NCBI RefSeq assembly: GCF_006345805.1
Contig: NC_043024.1
Location: forward strand, 4,712,001-4,776,000
Length of the DNA: 64,000 bases
From: Octopus sinensis
Taxonomy: Eukaryota
Direction of reading: 5' to 3'
Below, piece after piece: positions 1-10,547 of the stretch (positions are counted from its first letter, which is position 1; every line of letters starts with the position of its first letter). The notes beneath the pieces are model-generated. The model was not told where the DNA came from and did no database searches. It saw nothing but the letters and a program-made list of their open reading frames with translations. The translations under genes were made by a program, and so were the position numbers.

Positions 1-2630
1 TGTCGAGCTACCAGGCAGAGGCTCTCTCATTGGTTCGATTGCGTGATGAGATTTTTTAACACATATAGGATCTTTTCGGTTTGAACGGCAGTTTTTTTAA
101 CATAATTTCTAGGTAACTAAAAAATTTTAAACTTCGTATACTGGTAGAATGTGTTTATAAAACATCTTTTTCTCTTGGCTTGATTGAGAAAATTCTACAG
201 TTTGTATGATATTTGTTGTTTTTTCTTCAATTTCTGCAATTTCAACCAATCAATGACGTCCATTGAGGTAAAAAAAAACATTCTCTGCTGTATGAATATG
301 TCCCTCGTTTAAGAAACAGATTGGGTTTAGTTACATTTGTGAAGAAAAAGATGCCCTTTCCCCCAACCATAAACCTAAAATAGATTGAAATGCAATAGAT
401 CGATACTAGGGTCATAATTATGGTTGACAATTTCATATGACACCGCTAGAGTAGAAAGACAAGACTTAGTTCCCCTTGTTCAGAGTCAATTCTTCCTAAT
501 TTTGTTGCTCCGTATGCATGTGTATTGCTTGATCAGTTCCACTTTACAACTGATATTGAAGAGAAAATCTAATTAAATATACACGTGATTGGTAATTAAG
601 TGTCTAAAGAAATAGATGCAGCATTTTTTTTATTATGTTGACCTGTTAAATATTAATATTCGTCGTAAAAATTCTCTTGAAGCTGTCACTGTCCACTCTA
701 ACTTTTCACTCATTCAACATATTCTCATATTTTCATCGTTGACTCTCTCTGAATATATATTACTATGTAAGTATATTTCTATTGTATATGTATCATATTA
801 CGTACGTCTGTTTGTTTCGATGTGTTGAGTAAGTTACAAGAAAGAATCTCACTAAACAAAGACGAAATAGCGGAGGTAAAGGGCATGGACCGCACCTACC
901 TTTCCCTAATTTTTTTGCGATGGAAACCCACTTTTTCAACTTCGGTGAGGCTGTTCTTTCAATACTTTCGTTGTGTTCTCCTTTACATTCAGATATTTCA
1001 TTGCATCTTTCCTTATTTCCTATATTATTTGTTAACGTCAGATGGATACCTTGTGTAGATAACTTTTCTCCTTCTTCCTCACATGTAAATTCCGCGGGAA
1101 AATTACGATGTAATTTCTAAGACATGTGGAATGTATAAAAATACGAGTGTGCACTTGAAATACTGAAACGAAAAGTAAATATTGTATACAGAAGAAATGG
1201 AACGGATTTTATTTAAAACCTAGGAAGTCTTTATTTCCGGAGGTTCTTCTCCATCATTACAACTTACAATTTATATCTATTTTTCAAAGGAATCTTTCTT
1301 TAAGCACCCAATGTAACCGATTATCACATTTTTATTTTGGGGGAATTTTCAGAAAATTTCTGCGTATTTCTGCTGTACATGCAAGGATTGAAACGTTTAT
1401 GAAACCAACTAAGAAGGGAAAAAACCGATTGAAGAGCAATTTAGCTGTTATTTATCGCGCACCCCACGACCACCTGATACCTTCGGAGTTTCTTTCTCAC
1501 TCTTACGTGCTAATGTTTTTCGATATCTTTTTTCACATAAACACATTCCATGGTCCGTTGTTCGGATTTAAGGCATTATATATGAATTGCACTCTGTATT
1601 TTTTATGCTATTTTCAATTAATTACCTAAGTTATCCTTTTCTCTCTTCGTAATAAATATATATTTAAATTCAAATTACGATGAACGTAAACAAACAAACG
1701 AAGTTTGCTTTAGAAGCTTTGAGATGTCTTAGGAAGTTAAAGAAGTGATTTTAAATTCTCAAAGGCAGGATATTGCTAATAATATAGCCTGAACAGGATA
1801 AGCTACCGGCTAAGTGTTGGCGACCGGCTATGCGATTCGAACTCACACCTCCGTGATTACGCGTCGCAGTATTTTTCACTCACCACAATAAACAATATTT
1901 CGTTACGAAGTAAGAAGGAAGGGAAACATTAATTGTAACGTGTAAGAGTTTAAAAGTAAAGAAGAAAACGAGAATAATTTAATGTTAAAACTACATCATT
2001 TGCCCCCATTGAGAAGGATTGTCACCAATTTCCTTCTCCACCTCAACCAATAATTTTTCCTACGTGATAAATTCCCCACAAAAGATTTTGATGCTGTTAG
2101 TCATCCACGACCGCTTTGTTCAAAGCCTCCCTGGACCTCAAGTGGCCTGAACTCTTTACATGAACACCATCCTGTATTTAACTCCATGTCCCCCTACATG
2201 GCCTTGCTATTTGCTTTTGAGCCAAATTAACTAACTAACTAACATTTACTGACTGTTATTCATGTTTCATGTAACACAGAATATTGACATTAAGCTTCCT
2301 GTATGTATGTATTTATAAATGTACGGCAAGAGGCAGAGGAGGTGTGATATCTCTTTTACGACACATGACTGAGATGAAAACATCAGATATCTAGTGTCAT
2401 TGACATGTATATTGGTGTGTGTCTAGGACAGACGCAATGTCCAGGAGGTGTTATTACGATAGATGTCTGTGATATAAACCTCTTGAAAACAGAGAGATGG
2501 TATAAATATAATAGTTCAGATAAAGAATTACTTCTAAAATCTTTGAAAACAGAAATGTCGTAAATTTGCACTTTTGAATATCTGCCTTTTAAACATACTT
2601 GATGTCTTATATTATTTTTTCTATTCTTAT
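1..2630 (+). repeat. Segmental duplication unit (copies start at 11486 and 23497). Other blocks: 6775-8900 ~ 37195-42600, 10450-11485 ~ 22090-23496, 30660-33470 ~ 44650-47040
   Basis: Long near-identical stretches visible by eye, including the embedded TEs. Confidence 0.9.
68..450. mobile_element. Same MITE family lacking one TIR (co-duplicated copies at 11553-11928 and 23564-23939; fragments at 56330-56655)
   Basis: Starts GGATCTTTTCGG; all three copies are truncated at CCGCTAGA. Confidence 0.8.
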
Positions 2631-3240
2631 TTTTTCTAGTCCTTTATCTATACAATAAAGGACTCAAAATAGCTGTTATGTGGTAGCAGGGCATGCAAGA
2701 AATAGCGGCCGAATCCTTCTTTTTCTGAGGAAAGGAGCCGTTTACGTATAATTTCAATGTCACATACATTGAAAGCATGGAAAATAACCCAGAAAAAAAA
2801 CAAAAGAAGACTCTGTTGGTGGGGAAACTCCAAGGTCCCCCACCACCCCTCCCCCTTTCTTTTTCGGAAGAATGTGGCGGGTGGTGGGTTTGGACTGAGC
2901 ATCTTTGAATGCACTCAAAAGAACGTGTGGAAAAAATTATTTCACACCAAATTATGGGTCCTTTATGAAAAAGAAAGGACGGGTCATTCGAAGCTTTCTG
3001 TCCCCTGTAAAGAACCAGGTCATCCTCGCAATTTCGGCTAATTAATCTTGAGATTGCTCCAATCTGGCCAGCCCCAAGGAAAAAGTAAGCTAAGAGCATC
3101 AGATTCCTTGGAAGAAAGCATGGAATGTATACGAAAATAAGGACGGAAAAACAGACAATGTTACACAAATATAAATACAAAATACAATAAAAATATTAAT
3201 AATAACAACAGGTGTCTTTCGACTGGGGACGAATTGAATT
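2630..3240. mobile_element. Unclassified repeat inserted just before the splice acceptor of unit A
   Basis: Homology to the other units stops abruptly at ~2630; no protein motif identified. Confidence 0.35.
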
Positions 3241-3469
3241 CAGCTGGTGTGTGTGTGGAAATGAAGCGTTACGGCAGAGATTTCACAAACACACGGAAGA
3301 ATATCGATGTTGCACTGACCGTGGTCAGACGCAAAAAGAGGGTTAGCCGTCTGGCCTATCTGTCACGTGGGAAGAGAAGAGAGAGAAAAAGAGGAACAAA
3401 AGAATTAAGGAGGGGAAAGAGAAGAGAGAGAGTTGTAGAAGCATATGAACAGAAGAATTAAGGAGGGGC

Positions 3470-3501
<32 letters not shown>

Positions 3502-4080
3502 TGTTATGAAAGTCTTTTCCTTGGGAAGTAAAATAGTGGATTCCATTTGGGGCATATAGATTTGAACCTGAAAACAGCATTTTCCCACAGAAAAACAGTA
3601 GTTGACAACAGTGACACTCCACACATACCCTCTGCCAAGCCAATTTCTGTTTTCCTATTTGACCCCTAATCTCTTCTATACCACCAAAAGTCAAAATTAA
3701 ATGAAGAGCTACCTACATCAGTTTCCCCATTGTTCTCGGCAATATGCCTCTCTTTCTCGCTATATTGCACTTATAAAATACTAGAATTTCGTAAAGCAAA
3801 AGCCAGTTGGTGAAATGAGATGACCAGAGACAGCCATGATACATACAACTTTCACCAGCTCATCTTTCTCTAGCAAAGGCACAGGAGTGGTTGTGCGGTA
3901 AGTAGCTTGCTTACCAACCACATGGTTCTGGGTTCAGTCCCACTGCGTGGAATCTTGGGCAAGCGTCTTCTATAGCCCCGGGCCAACCAAAGCCTTGTGA
4001 GTGGATTTGGTAGTTGGAAACTGAAGGAAGCCTGTCGTATATATGAATATATATATATATATGTATATATATATATTATA

Positions 4081-4420
4081 TAATATATATATATATATAT
4101 TATACAAAATGAGAAAACGGAGAAATATATCTAAATCAATCATCAACCATCAGATAATACCCAATCAATACTTTATTAAACCATTACACAATAGCAATGA
4201 TATTATACATTAATATAGTACAAATATAACAAGACATAGAAATAGAAATACATTACATTTACATTGTAGCTGACAGCTGTTTCGGCCGTGAAGACAGGTA
4301 TGTCCCATTTAACCTATTAGCCATATAAAGCAGGTATAAATGAGACATTAACAAGAATATCTCACGGCCTCTTCAGAGAATTTAATGCAAGTATGAAAAA
4401 AATTTACATATAAATATAAA
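4081..4420 (-). mobile_element. Penelope-like terminal remnant inserted in the (TA)n of a SINE
   Basis: Hammerhead core followed by AATAAA on the minus strand; flanked by TA microsatellite. Confidence 0.5.
4262..4386 (-). ncRNA. Hammerhead-like core with long loop II and weak helix I
   Basis: CUGAAGA (4376-4370), GGCCGUGA/UCACGGCC stem, GAAA, palindrome ACAGCUGU, triplet GUC. Helix I has only 2 proximal bp. Confidence 0.6.
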
Positions 4421-4991
4421 TATGTGTGCATACACACTCATATATGTATGTATGTATGTGTGTTTGTCCCGGTAGCATTGCATGCTGGTGTGTTTACGTC
4501 CCCGGCACTTAGGGGTTCGGCAAAAGTGACCGATAGAGTAAGTACTGGGCTTACAATTAATAAGTCCCGGAGTCGATTTGCTCGACTAAAGGCGGTGCTC
4601 TAGCATGGCCGCAGTCAAATGACTGAAACAAGTAAAAGAATAAAAGAGTATATATATATAAATATAATATAGATATATAAATATATATATATGTATATAT
4701 ATATAATTATAATATATATATATATATATGTGAATAATTAAAAACTTCCATATTTGCAGCCAAACAGAAAAGATTCGGCAGGATTGGTAATAATGACAAT
4801 AATAATAATTTATGAGACAGAATTATCAAAGAAACATCTTTCACAAAATAGCAAATCTATAAAGTAGAGCCGCAATTCTTTAAAGACCGGAGTTAGTTCC
4901 CTAACGTTTGACGTCGGTGAAAAAGAACAAAAAGTGTTGTGGAGTTTTGAACTTCGGTTGATGCGGTTTCGCGTCGCACTGGTTCTGCGCG

Positions 4992-6239
4992 TTGCACTGT
5001 TTCTGTTTGGGCGGCCGTTTTCGGTCTGAGGAGATTATGAGCCGCCTCTCCCTAACTGGTGAGATGGCCGGGAGGAATTTATTTGAAAGTTTGCCGGAAT
5101 TGTCAACATCTGAGGAGGAGTTGGAAGAAGCAGTGGCAAAAATGGACAGGAAGCTGGAAAGTACCTACGCAGGAATAATGAGGAAGTCGATAGAAAAAGA
5201 GGTGGACCTGGCTAAACTACCAGGCTTCCAGAATTTTATGAAGGAGGAGGAAAACGACGAAGTCGAGCTGTCACCTCCAGCAAAGCGGGGCGAGTGGTTC
5301 AATCTTGGAACCATAAAATATGGAGTGTGCGTGAATGGGGGAAGAAGGATGGAAGTAGTCAATGTGGAAGTTATTGAAGAGGCATTGAAACAGACTGGAG
5401 AGGAAATTGTTTACCTGACTGGAGGAATGGAGTGTGGAACGGTAACGGTGCAGTATAGAAGTGAGAACGTCGCCAAAAAAATAGCAGCCAAGGTGGTGAA
5501 GACCGAGAAAATATACTTACTGCCCTCGTATCTAAATAGAAGGACCACAAGAATTAGGGTGGAGGGAATACCTCCACACCTAGCGGGTGAATACATAACG
5601 GCAGCGGTGATTAAGGGAAACGAGGAAAAGGTGGACATCCTCCACGCCACGATGAAGTGCGAAGGCGTGAGAGGTGCTACCTTGGACATGAATATGCAGA
5701 CGGAGGCGGAAGCAGTGGAAGGGCTGACAGATACTGTAGGAACGGGGAACATTATTATGAGAGTGTGGGTGGAGGGCAGGGCGCCCAGGTGCTATAAGTG
5801 TGGCCTGAGGGGTCACATAAGAGCCTACTGCCCTCTCCCTCCAAAGGAAAAGGAAATCGTTACGGAACCCCAAAAGAAGGAAGACACTAAAGAAAAGGAG
5901 AACCAAACAGAAAGGGAAGCAACTGAAGGGGAGGAGATCCAGCAAGAGTGGGAAGAAGGGATAAAAAAAGGAAAAGAAAGAAAAAAGAAAACAGTACGAA
6001 ACCCTAACCAACCCCAACACCACACGTACCCTCTGAATCCCATCCCTCCCCTGCAAACAGCGATTCCACCCACTCCCCGCCTACAAGAAAAACAAAAACA
6101 AATGCAGACACACAGAACGAACAAAGTCCCAGGACCTATTTTTTGTATGTTGCGAGGAGGAGGGACACCCAGAACTCGAAAAGGATGGTACATAAAGACT
6201 TATGGCGCGAACATGAAGATGGTAGTTACGCGGTTGTGA
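4992..6239 (+). CDS. Retrotransposon ORF1/gag-like nucleic-acid-binding protein (first ATG at 5037; probable frameshifted C-terminus to 6391)
   Basis: CYKCGLRGHIRAYC = CX2CX4HX4C; RIRVEGIPPHL RRM-like segment; charged C-terminal tail. Confidence 0.75.
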   Translation: MHCFCLGGRFRSEEIMSRLSLTGEMAGRNLFESLPELSTSEEELEEAVAKMDRKLESTYAGIMRKSIEKEVDLAKLPGFQNFMKEEENDEVELSPPAKRGEWFNLGTIKYGVCVNGGRRMEVVNVEVIEEALKQTGEEIVYLTGGMECGTVTVQYRSENVAKKIAAKVVKTEKIYLLPSYLNRRTTRIRVEGIPPHLAGEYITAAVIKGNEEKVDILHATMKCEGVRGATLDMNMQTEAEAVEGLTDTVGTGNIIMRVWVEGRAPRCYKCGLRGHIRAYCPLPPKEKEIVTEPQKKEDTKEKENQTEREATEGEEIQQEWEEGIKKGKERKKKTVRNPNQPQHHTYPLNPIPPLQTAIPPTPRLQEKQKQMQTHRTNKVPGPIFCMLRGGGTPRTRKGWYIKTYGANMKMVVTRL

Positions 6240-6463
6240 AATATGAATTTATGGAGACATTGGCGAGGAGGTGTGAGGAAGAGGGTATAAAATGGATGAC
6301 AGTGCCGATGCAGGGTGAAATGATAGAGATGTATGAAAGGAAAACGAAGAGTGTGATAGAAAAACTAGGAATTGTAATTGGAAATGGGTGATAAAGGACA
6401 GGTAAGTGATGCTGGCGGATGGGGCCGAGAGCGTCGCTTTCATATTATCATTTTTTCATTAGG

Positions 6464-6676
6464 CCTTTAGCATTCAGATTATTCTGTCAAATGTAAAGCT
6501 TATGTATTCACACCATGTAAAATTAATCTTGTATCATTTCATGACTTTAAGATTTCAATGATGTGATTGTTTATTTTTCAAAAAACACAATAAGGTAACT
6601 ATGAATGACCATATCTGACTAGTTTGAACATAAAATAGGTAGAATATTTTGGCCGGTTTAAACACTAAAGAGTTGA
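6464..6676. mobile_element. Degenerate piggyBac-like MITE nested in the Tx1-like element
   Basis: Imperfect TIR CCTTTAGCATT / AACACTAAAGAG; family recognised from memory only. Confidence 0.4.
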
Positions 6677-6879
6677 TAATTCATTGTTCATAAATTTAAT
6701 TATAATGTTCTATGTCCCCAATGTTTTGTAATGTCCCCTCTTCTGGTGGGTAATTAAGAAATTGGAGTTAGTTCTCGTTGTTCATTATCAAAACTCTTCC
6801 TCATTAAGTGTATTTCTTGCTCCTGTTTCTCACGCACCTTGATTGTTTGATCAGTTCCACTTTACGACTGATATTTAAG

Positions 6880-7090
6880 AGAAAATCCAATCAAATATAT
6901 ACAAATGATTGGTAATTAACTGTCTAAACAAACAGATACAGCATTTAAGATTATGTGGACCTGAAAAATATTAATTAACGTTTGTTGTAGAAATCTAGAA
7001 ATTCTCTTGAAGCTGTCGTTGTCCACTCTGACTCCAGTTCTCACATCTTCCTCCTTCACTCTTTCTCTCCATATCTATTACTATGTAAGT
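6880..7090 (+). promoter_or_regulatory. Putative promoter, non-coding exon 1 and splice donor of gene B (paralogous blocks at ~570-772, ~12050-12251, ~16455-16678, ~24060-24262, ~37310-37516)
   Basis: CCAATC(6887)...GATTGG(6907) pair; CACGTG-ATTGG in the A/C/F copies. Conserved CTAT/GTAAGT donor at 767, 7085, 12246, 24257, 30447 and 37511 (GTGAGT at 16673). Confidence 0.55.
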
Positions 7091-7754
7091 ATTTATTTAA
7101 ACATTTCTATTATATATGTGTCGTATTATGTACATTTATTTGTTTCGATGTGTTGAGAAAGTAAAAAGGAAAAAAAATCTCGAAGACGAAATTATACGAA
7201 AGGCTGTAATTTTAATACTTTCATTGTGTTGTCGTTTTCTTTTAGACATTTCATTGCACTTTTGGTTATTTTCTAAATTATTTGTAAAAACGTCGGATCA
7301 ATCCCTTGTTTAGATAACATTTATCTTTCTTTCTAACGTGTAAATTCGACGATTTCGTTAAAAGCGGGAAAATTACGATGGAATTAGTAAGAAATGGGGA
7401 ATGTATAAACATACGAGTGTGCACTTGAAATACTGAAACGAAAAGCAAATATCTTATCGAGAGGAAATGGCTTTTATTTGAGACATAGGAAGTCTTTATT
7501 TCTGGCGTTTCTTCTGCATCATTACAACTTACAATTAATATCTGGGGTTTGTTTTGTTTTTTCCGGAATTTTCAGAAAATTTTTGCAAATACATATTCTA
7601 CACACGAGAATTCAACAAACAAGCAAAAGCTGTGTGCTTTAAGAGCTATTTAGCTGTTATTTTTCGCACATCTCACGACCACCTGATACCTCCCTAGTTT
7701 CTTTGTCACTCCGATGTGCTGACGTTTTTCAGTATTTTTCTCCATATAAAACCG

Positions 7755-7925
7755 GCGAGCTGGTAGAATCGTTAGCACGTGAGTTCAAATTCCGTCGAGG
7801 TCGACTTTGCCTTTCATCCTTTCGAGGTCGATAAATTTAGTACCAGTTGCGTACTGGGGTCTATCTAATCCACTTGGGCCCCCTCTCCCAAAATTTCTGG
7901 CCTTGTGCCTAGAGTAGAAAAGATA
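7755..7925 (+). mobile_element. SINE with Meta-domain-like core (another copy at 30501-30659, minus)
   Basis: GTCGACTTTGCCTTTCATCCTTTCGAGGTCGATAAA; imperfect ~13-bp TSD; absent from the paralogous introns. Confidence 0.7.
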
Positions 7926-8899
7926 TCCTTCTCCACATAAACACATTGTTGAGATTTAATCAAAGTTCTACAGTGGCAATTTTTTAAAAAATGGGAAACA
8001 ATTTTTTCATAATGTAGGTCACAAATTTGGAGAATTTTTCGAAAATTCCACAGAAAAATGGGAAAAGAAATTTAAGGAACTATATAATGTTTAAAGCAGA
8101 ATTGCACCCTTTTTTAAATGTTATTTTCAATTAATTATGCAAGTTATCCTTTTCTTTCTTCGTAATGCGTATATATTTAATATGAATGTATTTTTCACTC
8201 ATCCAGATAAACAATATTTCGTTTTGAAGCAACAAGGAAGAGAAACATTAATTATAATGTGTAAGAATTTATAATTAAAAGAAAAAAACAAGAATGGCTA
8301 AGTTTTAAAACTATGTGCATGACAATGAAAAGAAATTATAGTTTTTCCGTAAAATAAGGATAGACTTCATTGAAGCCTCTTCCATTTGCCCCATGGAGAA
8401 GGATTGTCACCAATTTCATCAACCAACAATTTTTCTTAACATCAAAAATTCCCCACAAAAGATTTTGATGCTGCAAGTCAGACATCAATATTATTTACTG
8501 ACTTTTATGCATCTTTTATGCTCAACAAAAGGTTAACATTAAGCTAACCACATATATATATTTGTATATTTATGCATATACAGAAAGAGGCAGAGGAGGA
8601 GTGATGTCTATGTTATAAAACAAACCTGTGTTGATACAATAGAACACTGAGGGGAAGACATCAGATATCTACTGTCATTGACATGTATATTGGTGTGTGT
8701 GTGTGTCTAGGACAGACGCAAAGTCCAGGAGGTGTTATTACGATGGATGTGTCTGTGATATAAACCTCTTGAAAATAGAGAGATGGGATGAATATAATAG
8801 TTCAGATAAAGGATCAATTCTACAATTTATGAAAACAGAAATGTCGTAAATTTGCACTTTTGAATATCTGCCTTTTAAACATGCTTTATGTCTTATATT

Positions 8900-8918
8900 A
8901 TTTTTTCTATTCTTTCAG
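8900..8918 (+). promoter_or_regulatory. Putative splice acceptor of the coding exon (paralogs at 18314, 25982, 42590; minus strand at 13869, 60684)
   Basis: Conserved pyrimidine tract TTTTTCTATTCTTTCAG, ~430 nt upstream of the ATG (shorter in F). A second AG directly precedes the ATG in every copy. Confidence 0.55.
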
Positions 8919-8927
8919 AAAAATCAC

Positions 8928-9056
8928 ATGAAATTGGCTAAAAAGTATTTTTTACTTTTAAAGAATCATCAATATGTATCATGTTTGAAAGACTCTGCAA
9001 AGATATTCTACAAACGTATAATCCTGCTTTTAGAAAACATTGCTGAATTACAGTAA
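8928..9056 (+). other. Upstream ORF MKLAKKYFLLLKNHQYVSCLKDSAKIFYKRIILLL (35 aa in C', D, H, J; 42 aa in B; 11 aa in F)
   Basis: Translated by hand from the first ATG after the acceptor in each paralog. Confidence 0.5.
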
Positions 9057-9350
9057 AATATTTCCTCTGAGAGAGAGAAAGCATTTCTTTACTTCTGTGT
9101 CTGAAATGTGCAAAAGATAATCTTCTCTTTTAAATATACTTTGATAGATTTCCAAAGAGTATTTGCAACATTTTTAAATATTGGCAATGATCACGTTCAG
9201 AAGAAATATAAGAGAAGTGATATTTGTTTGGAATTAACTATAAAAGCAAAAAGAAGCAAAATATCCATATATTTTGGTGAGAGGAGAAATATTTTCGAAA
9301 AGTTGTTGATCTGTACAACTTGAAGGTTCAGGTTTATTTTTCTTGAAGAG

Positions 9351-10547
9351 ATGTCGGAAGAATTAGGAAAATCATCATATGACTGTGACATCTGCAAAGA
9401 GTCATTCTTAGAAGAAAGTAAATTCAATCAACACAAACAAATTCATACAGAGGAAGCACCATATCACTGTAGTATCTGTGGTAAATCATTCTTAAGTAAC
9501 AGTCACTTAACACAACACATACGTATTCATACAGGAGAGAAACCATATACCTGTAATATCTGTGGTAAATCATTCTCTCGTACTCATAGCTTAAATATTC
9601 ACAAGCGTATTCATACAGGGGACAAACCATATCACTGTGATATTTGTGATAAATCATTCTCTGATGGCAGTGCCTTAATTCAACACAAACATATTCATAC
9701 AGGAGACAAACCATATACCTGTAATATCTGTGGTAAATCATTCTCTCAAAGCAGTAGCTTAACTCAACACAAACGTGTTCATACAGGTGAGAAACCACAC
9801 CACTGTGATATCTGTGGTAAATCATTCTCTGTTTCCAGTAGCTTAACTAAACACAAACGTCTTCATACAGGCGAGAAACCATATCGCTGTGATATCTGTG
9901 GTAAATCATTCTCTAATGACAGTAATTTAACTACTCACAGACAGGTTCATGGAGGGGAGAAACCATATCACTGTGATATCTGTGGTAAATCATTCTCTGT
10001 TGGCGGTAGCTTAACGAGACACAAATATATTCATACTGGAGAGAAACCATATCGCTGTGATATCTGTGGTAAATCTTTCTCTGATGGAAGTAGCTTAACG
10101 AAGCACATATGTATTCATACAGGGGACAAACCATATCACTGTGATATCTGTGGTAAATCATTCTCTCTAAATAGTCACTTAACAAACCACAAACGTATTC
10201 ACACAGGCGAGAAACCATATGACTGTGATATCTGTGGTAAATCATTCTCTCAAAGCAGCAGCTTAACTACTCACAAACGGGTTCATACAGGAGAGAAGCC
10301 ATATTCTTGTGATATCTGTGGTACATCATTCTCTGATGGCAGTACCTTAATTAAACACAAGCGTATTCATACAGGGGAGAAACCTTATCACTGTGATATC
10401 TGTGGTAAATCATTTTCTGTTAGCAGTAACTTGACTGCACACAAACGTATTCACACAGGAGAGGAACCATATCGCTGTGATATTTGTGGTAAATCATACT
10501 CTGATGGCAGTAACTTAACTGCACACAAACGTATTCATTCAGGGTAG
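9351..10547 (+). CDS. C2H2 zinc-finger protein (gene B), 14 tandem fingers, no N-terminal effector domain
   Basis: 398-aa ORF of CxxC-x12-HxxxH repeats with TGEKP linkers at 84-nt period. It ends at TAG in a linker; 3 more in-frame fingers follow to TGA 10812-10814. Confidence 0.9.
   Translation: MSEELGKSSYDCDICKESFLEESKFNQHKQIHTEEAPYHCSICGKSFLSNSHLTQHIRIHTGEKPYTCNICGKSFSRTHSLNIHKRIHTGDKPYHCDICDKSFSDGSALIQHKHIHTGDKPYTCNICGKSFSQSSSLTQHKRVHTGEKPHHCDICGKSFSVSSSLTKHKRLHTGEKPYRCDICGKSFSNDSNLTTHRQVHGGEKPYHCDICGKSFSVGGSLTRHKYIHTGEKPYRCDICGKSFSDGSSLTKHICIHTGDKPYHCDICGKSFSLNSHLTNHKRIHTGEKPYDCDICGKSFSQSSSLTTHKRVHTGEKPYSCDICGTSFSDGSTLIKHKRIHTGEKPYHCDICGKSFSVSSNLTAHKRIHTGEEPYRCDICGKSYSDGSNLTAHKRIHSG

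Larger units (their letters stand above)
3878..4650 (+). mobile_element. tRNA-derived SINE interrupted in its (TA)n middle (other copies: 49147-49510 +, 56876-57260 +, 61714-62022 +, 62196-62575 -)
   Basis: Shared head GGAGTGGCTGTGTGGTAAG...GGGTTCAGTCCC and tail CAGTCAAATGACTGAAACAAGTAAAAG. Confidence 0.85.
4900..6763 (+). mobile_element. ORF1-only Tx1/L1-like non-LTR element with 11-bp TSD
   Basis: GGAGTTAGTTC at 4889-4899 and 6764-6774. ORF1-like protein with a CCHC knuckle; 3' end TGTCCCCTCTTCTGGTGGGTAATTAAGAAATT. No endonuclease or RT. Confidence 0.7.

Noticed and set aside
822-1629. Short ORFs repeated in units A, C and F
   Set aside because: They lie in the predicted intron, differ by frameshifts between copies, and have no motif; recurrence reflects duplication.
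1820-1885. tRNA-like segment with a B box on the minus strand (also ~25315-25380)
   Set aside because: No D-arm or full cloverleaf; at most a decayed tRNA or SINE fragment.
5580-6193. Minus-strand ORFs over the ORF1 gene
   Set aside because: Shadows of purine-rich coding sequence.
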